Below, piece by piece: positions 1-10,182 of a stretch of DNA of 64,000 nt. The DNA is from Leptolyngbyaceae cyanobacterium (GTDB lineage: Bacteria; Cyanobacteriota; Cyanobacteriia; Phormidesmidales; Phormidesmidaceae). Position numbers and translations under genes: made by a program. Below the pieces are notes generated by a model. That model had not been told where the DNA came from and did not search any database. It saw only the letters and a list, made by a program, of their open reading frames with translations. The DNA lies in assembly GCA_965263355.1 (NCBI GenBank), contig CBDHHL010000032.1, forward strand, positions 352,001 through 416,000. Direction: 5' to 3'. Position 1 is the stretch's first letter. Each line of letters begins with the position of its first letter.

Positions 1-1313
1 ATTTCCTTGAAATTAAGTCTGAGACCGTATACGCCGATAGAGCCAGTGACTGTAGCTGCTGTGGCAAAAATCTGATCACCAGGGGCAGAAATCATGTAGC
101 CACCTGAGGCAGCATAATTACCCATGGAAACAATGACGGGTTTCTGCTCAGCTAAAAGTTCTACCTCACGGGCAATGACTTCAGAGGCAATGGCACTACC
201 CCCCGGACTATTTACCCGTAACACCACTGCTTGTATATCATCATCGTGGCGTACCTCTCGCAATGTGTCTGATAGCCCACCTGATGTGATTAAACCCGTC
301 GCCATGCCATCGCCATCAACGATTTCACCGTTGGCATATATAACGGCAACGGTGTTGTTTCTGCCTGAGAAATCTGTATCTAAGGTTTGGCTATAGCGGT
401 AGAGACTGATTTGGGTAAAGTCGTCTTCATCACCATTCCAGTTCTCTTCCTCAGATTGGCCCGTTAGTTTGCGTAATTCGGCTAACACATCATCGTAAAA
501 GGCTACATTGTCAATTAGCCCGGCAGATTGGGCGTCAGTGGCAGGCAATAAGCCTTGGTTTTCGGCAACAGCTTGAATGGCCTCAGGTGTAGTTTCCCTG
601 GCTGCGCTAGTGGTAGTTAAAAACTCTTGCCATAGATCGGTGAGCAATGCCTGGGTTTGTTGCTTTTCTTCGGGGCTGCTGCTAGTTCGGGTAAAGGGCT
701 CAATGGCAGATTTGTAGCGACCTGCCCGCAATACTTGAACGCCGACACCATACTTACTAAGGGCTCCGGCGAGAAACTGGATCTCGGCTCGAAAGCCATT
801 TAGTTCCATGACACCTGCGGGATTCAGGTACAGCGAGTCTGCTACGGAGGCTAGATAGTAATCTCGCTCACTCCAAAGGGTATTGTTGGCGAGGATCGGT
901 TTGTCGGAGTCAGTTTTGAATTTTTCCAACGCTGCCCGAACTTCTTTAAGGGTGGCCAATCCGGCATTGGTATTACCGGTCAGGTAAATGCCGGTGATGT
1001 TGTTATCGGTGGCTGCAGCTTCAATGGCCTGCAGGGCACTGTGTAAAGAAATGGAACGATAGGTATTGCCATAGAGGGTTTCCTCTAGGACAATGCTAGC
1101 GCCCGAATAGGGAACGGCGTCAACAATATCGGTGCTCAGATCAAAGACTAAAACTGAGTTTTTTTCAACTTCGGGTTCAACTTCGGTGGAAGCCGAGCTA
1201 ATAAAAAAGCCTGCTAGGCCAATTGCGCCCACACCCAATAGGGCAACTAAGCTGAATAGACCAACTAGGGTGCCAAGGGCACTAGCTGCCGCATATTTAA
1301 GAAAGTCTCGCAT
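1..1313 (-). CDS. sppA: Signal peptide peptidase SppA (67K type), runs off the window start
   Basis: Not in the ORF track. Minus-strand frame from ATG at 1313 reads MRDFLKYAAASALGTLVG..., then YYLASVADSLYLNPAG, QVLRAGRYKSA, VVLRVNSPGGSA and VSMGNYAASGGYMIS...TVTGSIGV, which are S49 peptidase motifs. Confidence 0.93.
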   Translation of the reverse strand, partial: MRDFLKYAAASALGTLVGLFSLVALLGVGAIGLAGFFISSASTEVEPEVEKNSVLVFDLSTDIVDAVPYSGASIVLEETLYGNTYRSISLHSALQAIEAAATDNNITGIYLTGNTNAGLATLKEVRAALEKFKTDSDKPILANNTLWSERDYYLASVADSLYLNPAGVMELNGFRAEIQFLAGALSKYGVGVQVLRAGRYKSAIEPFTRTSSSPEEKQQTQALLTDLWQEFLTTTSAARETTPEAIQAVAENQGLLPATDAQSAGLIDNVAFYDDVLAELRKLTGQSEEENWNGDEDDFTQISLYRYSQTLDTDFSGRNNTVAVIYANGEIVDGDGMATGLITSGGLSDTLREVRHDDDIQAVVLRVNSPGGSAIASEVIAREVELLAEQKPVIVSMGNYAASGGYMISAPGDQIFATAATVTGSIGVYGLRLNFKE

Positions 1314-1364
1314 GGTGGGATGGGGAGTGGGATGTGGGTGAAAAGAATGAGATTGGCTTTAAGT

Positions 1365-2426
1365 TTATGGTATGCGCTTAAGCACCTGAGCGTGTTTTAG
1401 ATCCTTAAGATTTCCCTGACCGGTGCAGAATAGGGCGGTTTTGAGTTCGGCAATTAGGATATCGGTGAGGGTATCAAGGGCCGCTTCGGAATGGTCAGCG
1501 GCTTTGAGAAAGGGCAAGGCCATACCGGCAATATCAGCACCCAAGGCCAGGGTTTTGGCTACATCTAAACCGTTACGTAGCCCCCCCGACGCAATCAGGG
1601 GAATTTCGGGTGCGATCGCACGTACCCCAATAATACAGTCAGCCGTAGGTATGCCCCAATCAGCAAAGGTTTGCCCTAAACGACGCTGTTTCACATCTTC
1701 GGCCCGTTCACTTTCCACACGGGCCCAGGAGGTACCCCCAGCCCCAGCCGTATCGATGGCTGAAATACCTACATTAATTAGTTTTTGAGCTAAATTTCCC
1801 GAAATACCATTGCCCACTTCCTTGGCGATTACCGGTACCGGCATTTGGCTACATAGAGTCTCAATCTTAGCCATCAGACCGCTAAAATCGGTATCACCTC
1901 GAGTTTGCACACATTCCTGCAGTGGATTTAAATGCAAAATCAGGGCATCGGCTTCCAACCAATTAACGACCCGCTGACAGTGCTCTAATCCGTAGCTGTA
2001 ATTTAGCTGCACTGCACCTAAATTTGCCAGGAGTAACGCATCGGGCGCATAGCTACGGATATTAAAGGTGGAGGCTAGCTCAGGTTTTTCTACGGCTACT
2101 CGCTGAGAGCCTACACCCATGGCTAAGCCAAATTTCTGGGCAGTGATCGCCAATCGCTGGTTAATCAAGCGGGCTTGTTCTGTGCCCCCGGTCATAGATG
2201 AAATGAGTAACGGCGTGGCTAGTTCCTTCCCAAGAAACGTGGTGCTAATATTCACCTGCCCGTAGTCCAACTCCGGTAGTCCACAGTGGATAAAGCGGTA
2301 GTTTTCCAGCCCCGTAGTGGTCTGGTGACACTGCACATCATCTTCTAAACAAATGCGTAAATGGTCAGCTTTTCGGTCCTGAATCGCGGCAGGGTTGGTT
2401 TTGTCCAAGCTAATGGTTTGGCCCAC
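1365..2426 (-). CDS. fni: Type 2 (FMN-dependent) isopentenyl-diphosphate delta-isomerase
   Basis: [40 protein letters not shown] and ASGGLRNG motifs. Confidence 0.96.
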   Translation of the reverse strand: MGQTISLDKTNPAAIQDRKADHLRICLEDDVQCHQTTTGLENYRFIHCGLPELDYGQVNISTTFLGKELATPLLISSMTGGTEQARLINQRLAITAQKFGLAMGVGSQRVAVEKPELASTFNIRSYAPDALLLANLGAVQLNYSYGLEHCQRVVNWLEADALILHLNPLQECVQTRGDTDFSGLMAKIETLCSQMPVPVIAKEVGNGISGNLAQKLINVGISAIDTAGAGGTSWARVESERAEDVKQRRLGQTFADWGIPTADCIIGVRAIAPEIPLIASGGLRNGLDVAKTLALGADIAGMALPFLKAADHSEAALDTLTDILIAELKTALFCTGQGNLKDLKHAQVLKRIP

Positions 2427-2855
2427 AACGTATTACTGATAGGGTTAATGATCGTTCTTTATATAAAGTAATCCCTAGATTGAATCAATAATTGTTAGTC
2501 AACGTTTATTCACGCTAAAGGTCAGGGCACGTTGGCCGTGTACACAACCGGAGTTTTTCCAACGTAAGCATTCAAAGACTTTGTAAAGAGCTGGTAAAGC
2601 CTGATCATCTTTACTTAAGAACATTATTTCCCAAACAAAGAGATTACAACTGCTTTGGAACAAGCTGGGGAATTAAGCATCTTGATATTCCATAGTGATA
2701 ACGATGATTTGACCCGATGGGTTAACTGTAGGGTGAATACCGATGTGGCCCGGATGTCTGTCATCGGTATCAGGGTACAGAAACTAACTATCTAAAACGC
2801 TGTTGTGCTTTTTCTGAAATAGGTTGGTCTGTTGTGCTGACAGCATTACGGAGCA

Positions 2856-4442
2856 ATGAATTTCACGTTATGGCAACGCCCAAAAATATTAAACACAGAA
2901 CAATTATTGGAAAGGACTATGAGGGATATCGCTAGGAATTTTCAGGTACTGCCGCTAGTGTCTTGGATGGTATGGATGGCCATAGCGGTAATTGCAGCTC
3001 CAGTGATGGCCTTACCTTTAGAAGAAGTCCCTTTAGACGCTATAAATACCCTATCGGAAACGGACGCGGCAGACGATACTACTCTGGTGTCTTTATTGTT
3101 GGCAGCGGCTTCAGAGGACGTGCCTGGAGATGGTAGCTTTGATGATAGAAGCGCTGATGATGAGGACGCTGAAGCCGGTTTTGAGATCGCCGAGTCGGCG
3201 GATAGGATTTTGCTGGTGCAGGACCTTTCTGACGATCTAGCGGACCCTGCAGAGGCTACTGACGATGCTGAAGACGTTGATGTTGTTGAGAACACTGAAT
3301 CAGCAGATGGGATTTTGCTGGTGCAGGACCTTTCTGACGATCTAGCGGACCCTGCAGAGCCATTTCTCTTTGATGAAAATTCTGTTGAAGCATCTGAAGA
3401 AGGTGTTCTTGCTCCGATCTCGGGTACTGAGTCAGTTACAGACGAAACAACAAGTGACCTGACTGAGGTAGAGGGTCCCCTGACACCACCGTCCCTAAGG
3501 CTGCAGACCGCTGCGATTCAAGAGGGCGATGAATTCTCGGCCCGAGCACGGGTCTATGGTCACTATTTTCTAGAATCTAATGTGGCAGTGGTGGGGGCGG
3601 TTGACCTATCCACGGGAGAGGCCTTTTCGGATACGGATTCCACTGGTTTTAGTGTGAGTGAACTTTTTGTGGTGGCATCGCCTCCTGACATGCCTGAGTT
3701 GCGTGGGGCGGTTGGTTTGATCGAGCTGACGTCCTTTTTTGACCGCAATAGCTTTGCTAAAGATAGTTTGACTCACTTTCTTAATCCGGTTTTCCAGACC
3801 AATCCTGCCCTGGCAGCTACACAGCTAGAGTCTCAGCCAGCGGCCTTACTTCACTGGCGACCGATCGATGAGGTCATTCTCAAGGCGACAACGTTTTCGT
3901 CGGGAGGATTTGATGATTTAGAGTTTGATGCGATCGCAGCTGAAATTGGGGTCAATGTTGGCAATTTGATCGTGCGCGGTACCTACGTCAGTGCCACCGA
4001 TGACGGTGATCGGGATGGGATTCCCGAAAGTTTTCAAATTAATCGCAATGGGGTGTTTGGTCCTCAAGAAGGCGATCGCGAAGTGGCCTACGGTATCAAC
4101 GCTGAATGGTTTATTCCGCAGCTCAATGCGGGATTGTTTGGTCGTTACGGTCATCACAGAAACGCTGATCTTGATATCTCAGGGGATACTTACAGTTTTG
4201 GTGTGAACTTCCTGGACCTCTTAATTGACGATGATCGCTTTGGTATTGGCTATGGTCGTGGTCTTAGCGATGATGATCGTCGTCAGGGTAAGCGTCCTGA
4301 TGTATTGGAAACGTTTTATGACATCCGACTGGCACCGAATGCAAGGGCTGCCGTTAGTCTGCAGTTTCGCGATGAATTTTCTGAGACGGTCCTGGGATTC
4401 CGGGTTCGGGCCGATTGGGATTTATTAGAGCTTTTTGATTAA
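2856..4442 (+). CDS. Outer-membrane beta-barrel, carbohydrate-selective porin (OprB-like), with acidic low-complexity N-terminal extension
   Basis: Signal-peptide-like segment, Asp/Glu-rich linker, then alternating amphipathic strands with FFDRNSFAKDSLTHFLNPVFQTNPAL and PDVLETFYDIRL. True start may be downstream (2919). Confidence 0.65.
   Translation: MNFTLWQRPKILNTEQLLERTMRDIARNFQVLPLVSWMVWMAIAVIAAPVMALPLEEVPLDAINTLSETDAADDTTLVSLLLAAASEDVPGDGSFDDRSADDEDAEAGFEIAESADRILLVQDLSDDLADPAEATDDAEDVDVVENTESADGILLVQDLSDDLADPAEPFLFDENSVEASEEGVLAPISGTESVTDETTSDLTEVEGPLTPPSLRLQTAAIQEGDEFSARARVYGHYFLESNVAVVGAVDLSTGEAFSDTDSTGFSVSELFVVASPPDMPELRGAVGLIELTSFFDRNSFAKDSLTHFLNPVFQTNPALAATQLESQPAALLHWRPIDEVILKATTFSSGGFDDLEFDAIAAEIGVNVGNLIVRGTYVSATDDGDRDGIPESFQINRNGVFGPQEGDREVAYGINAEWFIPQLNAGLFGRYGHHRNADLDISGDTYSFGVNFLDLLIDDDRFGIGYGRGLSDDDRRQGKRPDVLETFYDIRLAPNARAAVSLQFRDEFSETVLGFRVRADWDLLELFD
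3205..3359 (+). repeat. Perfect 50-bp direct repeat inside the porin linker (3205-3254 and 3310-3359; 105-nt period)
   Basis: ggattttgctggtgcaggacctttctgacgatctagcggaccctgcagag occurs twice, encoding ILLVQDLSDDLADPAE twice. Confidence 0.95.
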
Positions 4443-6802
4443 TGATTCGTTGGGCAATGCCCATTTCAAAACGGCTTAATTTTTATGATTTGGTGGGCAA
4501 TGCTCACCCTACTTCACCACTCACTATTCACTACTGTCCTATGAACTGGTATCGTCGCCCGCTGGGTTTATGTCTTAGCTTTAATTTACTCGCCACTACG
4601 CCGTTGCTCCTGGCGCAGCCGGTACTAGCCCAGCTGCCTAATTTAGACAATCAACCAGCGTTAGTTCAAGACGCCTATGCATTATTTGAAAAAGGCTGGA
4701 TTGATCCGGCCCTGGAAAAGTTTTTGCAGGCGGTGCAACGCTATCCTGACTCTGTTCCGGCTCAGTTGGGCTTAGCGCGGTCTTATCTTAAACTCGGTCA
4801 GGATACCAATGCGTTTGAAGCCTTTCAGCGGTTGACGGTACTGGAGCCTACAAACGTTGAGGCGTTGGAAACCTTGGGTTTATTAGGTAGCTACCGCTCC
4901 GAGTGGCGGGCAGTGGGGATTGATGCTCTAACGACACTGTTGGCCCAGCCAGGGTATGAGCAAAATGGAGCAGCGCGCTCCCAGCGTGCCCTGCTCTTGT
5001 TCTACGAGGGCCGTCTAATTGAAGCGGTGGCTGACTACGATATCGCCCTAGAGCAATCCCCCAGTTTGGCTACCCAAGTCGGGGCGGCTCAAGTCTTTGC
5101 CTATGGCGGTCGCTCCGCCCAATCTGTTGAGTTATTTGCTAGCTACATTGACGCTGGCCAAACCCTAAAGTTCTACGAAGCCCAGGCCTACAGCTTTGCC
5201 CTGCGTCAGCAGGGGAACCCCAGCACGGCTATTGAAGTACTGCAACCGTTTCTCAATGCCAATGGCGATGTTAACGAACAGGCGCAAATCAAGGCAGAAT
5301 TAGCTACTTCCTATGCGGCTAATGGTGAATATGAACGTGGTTTGGCGTTACTGGATACGATTCAAGGACAGCCCCTGGTAGTGGCGCGGGCGCTCAAAAA
5401 CATGACGTTTTACACCGATGCTCCTGACGTAGAGACTCGAGCCATTGCAGCCTATGAGTCTGTATTGACCCGCTCAAGTTTAACAGTGGGCACTGCCCGT
5501 GAAGCGGCGGCGGCTCTTTCCGCTTACCCCAGTGGTCAGCCGCTTACCCTAGCCACCTACCGTCAGCTGGCGGCCCAGTATCCCGATGACATTAGCCTTT
5601 ATGTACAGGCCAGCATTTGGGAGCGTCAACTGGCACAAATTTCCGCCCAGGAACTGCGACAGCGTCTGTTGGCGGTGACGTTACCTGAAAATCCCACCCA
5701 GCTACGGTACATTGCCAGCAGCCTAGCCAGACTCGATCCCCCCGATGCCGAACTCCTGCCGTTTTATCAGGATGTGCTGGCCGCTACATCTGCAGAACCG
5801 TTTCTCCACTATCGTCTCGGTCAGATTTATTTGCAGCAAAATCAGCTAGAACTGGCCCAAGAACAGTTACGTTTGTATGCTGGCGATGACCCTGCTGTCT
5901 TACTGTTCCAGGCCGAACAAGCCCGTCGTCAGGATGATACCGATACCAGCATTGCTATTTATCAGCAGTTGATCAACAACCCCAGCAGCAACAATGAAGT
6001 GGTGACCGGTGCCCTGCAAGGACTAGCGGGTATTTATCAGGGACAGGGTCGCTATGCTGAGGCATTGGCCATCTATGAAGAAATTATTGCCCTGAACCCT
6101 GGCAATGATGCCAAAATCCTCGGTCAAACCAGTTTGGCCTACCAGGGGAAATTTATCTCAGCGGCAACGGCTGAGTCGGTTTTAGCTCAGTGGATGGCTA
6201 GCCATCCCGCCAATGACAATCCACCTGAACTCTTTAGTTTAGTTGGTGCTTTACCCCCTGATTCCTCCCGTAGTGAGCTGTATGAGTCACTCCTGTTGGT
6301 CAATCCCAACTCCATCGCAATCCGTCAACGACAGATCCAGGTGTTGGCTATGACCGATCCTGATGCAGCTAACGAAGCGGCTGCTCAACTGGTAGCCGCA
6401 AATCCTGATGCGCCTGAAGCTTATTTGCTGCAGGGTCAGATTGCTCAAGATACGGATGATTTGTCGACCGCAGCCAATGCTTATAACGCCCTGCTAGAGA
6501 GTAATCCTGAACAATTTGATGCGATTGTTGGGTTAGCTGGGGTACGGTTCCGTCAACTACGCTACCAAGAAGCCCGTCGTCTGTACGACCAGGCTATTGA
6601 GTTGGCTCCCGATGACATTAATTTACGTCAAGCATCCATTAGTTTGACGGTGGCTCAAGATCGGCCTTTACAAGCCCTAGAAGAAATCAATGCCTTACAA
6701 AGTCAGGTGCCTAATAGTGTTGGTCTGGCCCGTCAGGAATTATTGATTAAGGAAGGGCTACTGCTACATCGTGGCTTTCAGCCTGTTTGGGAGCGTTACT
6801 AA
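4442..6802 (+). CDS. Exported tetratricopeptide-repeat protein (BcsC N-terminal/AlgK-like scaffold)
   Basis: Many TPR-like helical pairs; signal peptide ending AQPVLA-Q if started at ATG 4541; lies between the porin and GH8 genes. Confidence 0.75.
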   Translation: MIRWAMPISKRLNFYDLVGNAHPTSPLTIHYCPMNWYRRPLGLCLSFNLLATTPLLLAQPVLAQLPNLDNQPALVQDAYALFEKGWIDPALEKFLQAVQRYPDSVPAQLGLARSYLKLGQDTNAFEAFQRLTVLEPTNVEALETLGLLGSYRSEWRAVGIDALTTLLAQPGYEQNGAARSQRALLLFYEGRLIEAVADYDIALEQSPSLATQVGAAQVFAYGGRSAQSVELFASYIDAGQTLKFYEAQAYSFALRQQGNPSTAIEVLQPFLNANGDVNEQAQIKAELATSYAANGEYERGLALLDTIQGQPLVVARALKNMTFYTDAPDVETRAIAAYESVLTRSSLTVGTAREAAAALSAYPSGQPLTLATYRQLAAQYPDDISLYVQASIWERQLAQISAQELRQRLLAVTLPENPTQLRYIASSLARLDPPDAELLPFYQDVLAATSAEPFLHYRLGQIYLQQNQLELAQEQLRLYAGDDPAVLLFQAEQARRQDDTDTSIAIYQQLINNPSSNNEVVTGALQGLAGIYQGQGRYAEALAIYEEIIALNPGNDAKILGQTSLAYQGKFISAATAESVLAQWMASHPANDNPPELFSLVGALPPDSSRSELYESLLLVNPNSIAIRQRQIQVLAMTDPDAANEAAAQLVAANPDAPEAYLLQGQIAQDTDDLSTAANAYNALLESNPEQFDAIVGLAGVRFRQLRYQEARRLYDQAIELAPDDINLRQASISLTVAQDRPLQALEEINALQSQVPNSVGLARQELLIKEGLLLHRGFQPVWERY

Positions 6803-7115
6803 CTCCAGGTTACCTATAGGCACTGGACTAGGAAAAAATCAAACTCCTCTGCTCAATGCTCTTCATTGGGGTGAGTATTGGCAAAGCGCGCCAGGATGTG
6901 GGCATTAGCTCTATTGCTTGGCACACTGTTCTAAGTGGCAACCAAGAAAACACATAAGCGTTCTAATTTGCTAAGACAGAGTTGCGTACGTAACTTGCGT
7001 ACGTAACTCGTAGCATTTGTAATTGCTCATAGCGTTAGCCTTCAAACGCTGTATACGGTGTATCTGCCCATTGGATAAATTGCCATATTAGGCCAGACAA
7101 AAGGATGGGACAAAT

Positions 7116-8411
7116 ATGTTATCTAGAGCGGTCTCTAAATGGATAACGCGCTGGGGCTGTCTGGCGCTGTTTAGCTTTTTTATCAATATTTCGATTACCA
7201 GTTGTTTGGCTCCTGTGCGATCGCAGGCAGTATTTGAATTGCCTACACAGCTACCCCCTACGATTACAATTGCGACGGCAGCTTCAAGAGTTGACCGTCC
7301 TTTTTTTGAAACCACCTGGCAACGTTATCGCGATCGCTTTATTCAAGCCGATGGTCGGGTCATCGACTGGGAAAACGACGATCAACGCACTACATCCGAA
7401 GGTCAGGCCTATGCCATGTTGCGCGCCCTACTGATCGATGATCGTGAAACCTTTGACCGAGTCTTGACCTGGGGAGAAGAGAATCTAGCGCGACGCGATG
7501 ATGATGGTAACTTACTCGACCATCTTTGGGCCTGGAAATGGGGACCTGATGGGGCACCAGGAGACGCCAAACAGTGGGGGATTTTAGATAAAAACTTTGC
7601 CACCGATGCTGATATTGATGCCGCCACGGCTTTGATTATGGCGGCCCGTCGTTGGCAAAAGCCCGCGTATTTCAACCTTGCCAAAATTAAACTCATTGAT
7701 ATCTGGGAGTTTTCTACGGCCGATATTTCCTTAAAAGACGACCTATCGGGCCGCTATTTGTTACCTGGCCCTGTTGACGCCTTTCATCCATCCCCAGAGA
7801 CCTGGTACCTAAATCCGTCCTATGTCGCTCCCTATGCGTTTCGTCTATTTGCGCAAGTCGACGAGCCACAGCGAGATTGGCTGGAGCTTGTCCATACCGG
7901 CTACAGAATGCTGGAGCAGAGTACCCAAATCTCCGAACTAGGATTACCCAGTGATTGGTTTTTGTTGCATAGCGAGGCTCCCCACTACAGAAAATTGCCA
8001 GTCACAGCCCCGCTTAAAAGTATCTATGGCTTTGACGCCTATCGAGTATGGTGGCGTGTTGCTCTTGACTTGACTTGGTTTAAGTCTCCTCCAGCAGGCC
8101 ACTATTTGAGCAATCATCTCCCAGCTTTGTTAGCGCTTTGGAAACAATCTCAACAGTTACCAGCGCAGATTGATTTAGCAGGTGAAGCTATGGTGGATTA
8201 CGGGGCAACGTCTCAATATGCCATGGTTTACCAGGCAGCTCGTCATCTAGAGGCTGACGTAGCCGCGTCTATCCGAGAAAATAAGCTTATGCTGGCAGAC
8301 CCAAATGATTTCTGGGACGGAGATTCTGCTTATTACACCCAGAATTTGGCTTGGTTGGGTTTATATCCGCCAGAGTGGGTGCCCACCCATTGGTTGAGCG
8401 CAGCTCTGTAA
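7116..8411 (+). CDS. bcsZ: Glycoside hydrolase family 8 endoglucanase (BcsZ-like)
   Basis: GH8 motifs TTSEGQAYAM, LWAWKWG, ATDAD, NPSY, GLPSDW, YGFDAYR; N-terminal signal/lipoprotein-like segment. Confidence 0.88.
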   Translation: MLSRAVSKWITRWGCLALFSFFINISITSCLAPVRSQAVFELPTQLPPTITIATAASRVDRPFFETTWQRYRDRFIQADGRVIDWENDDQRTTSEGQAYAMLRALLIDDRETFDRVLTWGEENLARRDDDGNLLDHLWAWKWGPDGAPGDAKQWGILDKNFATDADIDAATALIMAARRWQKPAYFNLAKIKLIDIWEFSTADISLKDDLSGRYLLPGPVDAFHPSPETWYLNPSYVAPYAFRLFAQVDEPQRDWLELVHTGYRMLEQSTQISELGLPSDWFLLHSEAPHYRKLPVTAPLKSIYGFDAYRVWWRVALDLTWFKSPPAGHYLSNHLPALLALWKQSQQLPAQIDLAGEAMVDYGATSQYAMVYQAARHLEADVAASIRENKLMLADPNDFWDGDSAYYTQNLAWLGLYPPEWVPTHWLSAAL

Positions 8412-8432
8412 AACCTGGGCTGTGAAATCCTT

Positions 8433-8972
8433 TTAAGAAGGTTTGAGTAACTCCACCGTATCCTTGGCATCTAGGGGGGCAATCTGCACATTAACAAGTT
8501 CTTCTCGGGCAGTGGGCAGTAATTTACCAATAAAGTCAGGATGAATCGGTAATTGGCGATGGCCTCGGTCGATCAGCACGGCCAGACGAATTAAGTCAGG
8601 GCGTCCATAGTCAAGCACCGCGTTGAGGGCTGCTCGGATAGTCCGACCACTAAAAATTACATCGTCCACTAAGACCACCTTTTTTCCGGTTAGGTCACAG
8701 GGGAGTTCACTTTTGGCTGGGGTGCGGGTGCTAATTTTATCGAGGTCATCTCGGTAAAAGGTAATGTCAAGGGCTCCTACTGGCACCCTAATGCCTTCTA
8801 GCCGTTCCATTTGCTGGGCAATGGTATGGGCCAAAGGCACACCACGCGTATGAATGCCAACCAGGACTAGATCGGCTAAGTGGTCGGTGCGTTCAATAAT
8901 TTCAGAGGCCAACCGGTTTAAGGTACGGCGAATTGCCTCTGCAGAGAGAATTTCAACTACCTGATCGGCCAT
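8433..8972 (-). CDS. pyrR: Pyrimidine regulatory protein / uracil phosphoribosyltransferase PyrR
   Basis: [42 protein letters not shown]. Confidence 0.96.
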   Translation of the reverse strand: MADQVVEILSAEAIRRTLNRLASEIIERTDHLADLVLVGIHTRGVPLAHTIAQQMERLEGIRVPVGALDITFYRDDLDKISTRTPAKSELPCDLTGKKVVLVDDVIFSGRTIRAALNAVLDYGRPDLIRLAVLIDRGHRQLPIHPDFIGKLLPTAREELVNVQIAPLDAKDTVELLKPS

Positions 8973-9033
8973 GGTTAAGGCTATAAATAAAGGGATTTAA
9001 TAACCATAACGAAGACTCAATACCTAGCAAGAT

Positions 9034-9465
9034 CTAAACCATAAAGTTTGTGTTTTCTCCCTGGGCAGCTTGCCAGCTACGGGCATCGTAATAGAGTTCT
9101 TCTAAAGAAATCTTGTAAAGGGTTTCCCGTAGGTTTTCCTGGAGTCGTCGCCATAGGGTAAGGGTGACCCAATCCTCAGCTTTCTCGGGAGATACTAGCT
9201 CTAATAGGGTGATGGGTTCTCCGACAGCATCCAGAATTTGGCCTAGATAAATTTGGTTGGGAGCTTTGGCTAGGCGATAGCCTCCCCGTGATCCTCGAAC
9301 CGATTCAACTAAACCTGCACGACGTAGCTGAATAAGTAATTTTTCTAGATAGGGAGCCGGTAGATTTTGGCGTTGGGCAATCAGTTTGACTGATGCTAAA
9401 TCAGGCTGCAAACTCAGATCAAGCATGGCTTTTACACTATAGTGTCCGCGAGTTGTAAGTTTCAT
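9034..9465 (-). CDS. Rrf2-family transcriptional regulator without Fe-S cysteines (Slr0846-like)
   Basis: MKLTTRGHYSVKAMLDL...YLEKLL...SVRGSRGGYRLA; no Cys in the protein; divergent from cyAbrB. Confidence 0.9.
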   Translation of the reverse strand: MKLTTRGHYSVKAMLDLSLQPDLASVKLIAQRQNLPAPYLEKLLIQLRRAGLVESVRGSRGGYRLAKAPNQIYLGQILDAVGEPITLLELVSPEKAEDWVTLTLWRRLQENLRETLYKISLEELYYDARSWQAAQGENTNFMV

Positions 9466-9722
9466 AGTTGGGGCCGATACTCAGTTAAGTTTTAGGTTTA
9501 GAAACGGCCTAAGGTCAATAGAATATATGGGGGAGAATCAGGGGAAAGTTAACATAAGAAGCCTCCATATTGATTCGACTTCAAAGAAATTACTAGCTAA
9601 ATCAACTCTTAATATAATTATCAAGAAATAAATTCAAACAGTGTGCAAAAACGTATTTGAATCATGTATGATTCTGCTCGTTATATGTTTTCTAAACGTG
9701 TTCGTGTTAGAGATGTGGGTGA

Positions 9723-10124
9723 ATGGCTAAACCGTCAAATTCAAATCCATTAACTGGTAAGACATTACTTAAGAAAGTCAAAGACTTAGAGCATCTCTCT
9801 AGAGAGGAAAAGGCTAAAGCCTGTGGCTATTACACGGTGACAAAGAACGATGTTGTCCGGGTGAATATGATGAAATTTATGAATGCGCTGATTGATGCCG
9901 AAGGCATTCAATTAGACAGTATTCAAACAGGTAATGGTCGTGGTGGGCGGAGTGCCAGTTATCGAATTACGGTGCAGTCTAACGGTAATTTATTAATCGG
10001 AGCTGCCTACACAAAGCAGATGGGTTTAAAGCCTGGGGATGAGTTTGAAATTTCTTTAGGTCGTAAGCATATTCGCTTGAAGCAGCTTAATGTTGATGAT
10101 GATGATGACGATACTGACGAATAA
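9723..10124 (+). CDS. Cyanobacterial AbrB-like transcriptional regulator (probably cyAbrB2 clade)
   Basis: KAKACGYY...GRGGRSASYRITVQSNGNLLIGAAYTKQMGLKPGDEFEISLGRKHIRL; divergent pairing with the Rrf2 gene as recalled for sll0822/slr0846. Confidence 0.9.
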   Translation: MAKPSNSNPLTGKTLLKKVKDLEHLSREEKAKACGYYTVTKNDVVRVNMMKFMNALIDAEGIQLDSIQTGNGRGGRSASYRITVQSNGNLLIGAAYTKQMGLKPGDEFEISLGRKHIRLKQLNVDDDDDDTDE

Positions 10125-10182
10125 ATGGCAGTATCGCATCATTGTTAGTTAGCTGAATTCTTAGCTTTAATTCAGAAAAATT

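Noticed and set aside
124..1341. Short ORFs 124-396, 617-799 and 1132-1341
   Set aside because: They overlap sppA, which the ORF track missed because it runs off the window.
2737..2770. 9-bp inverted repeat ataccgatg/catcggtat upstream of the porin; similar small hairpins at 27929-27959 and 48463-48504
   Set aside because: Single occurrences short enough to arise by chance; no factor or family can be assigned.
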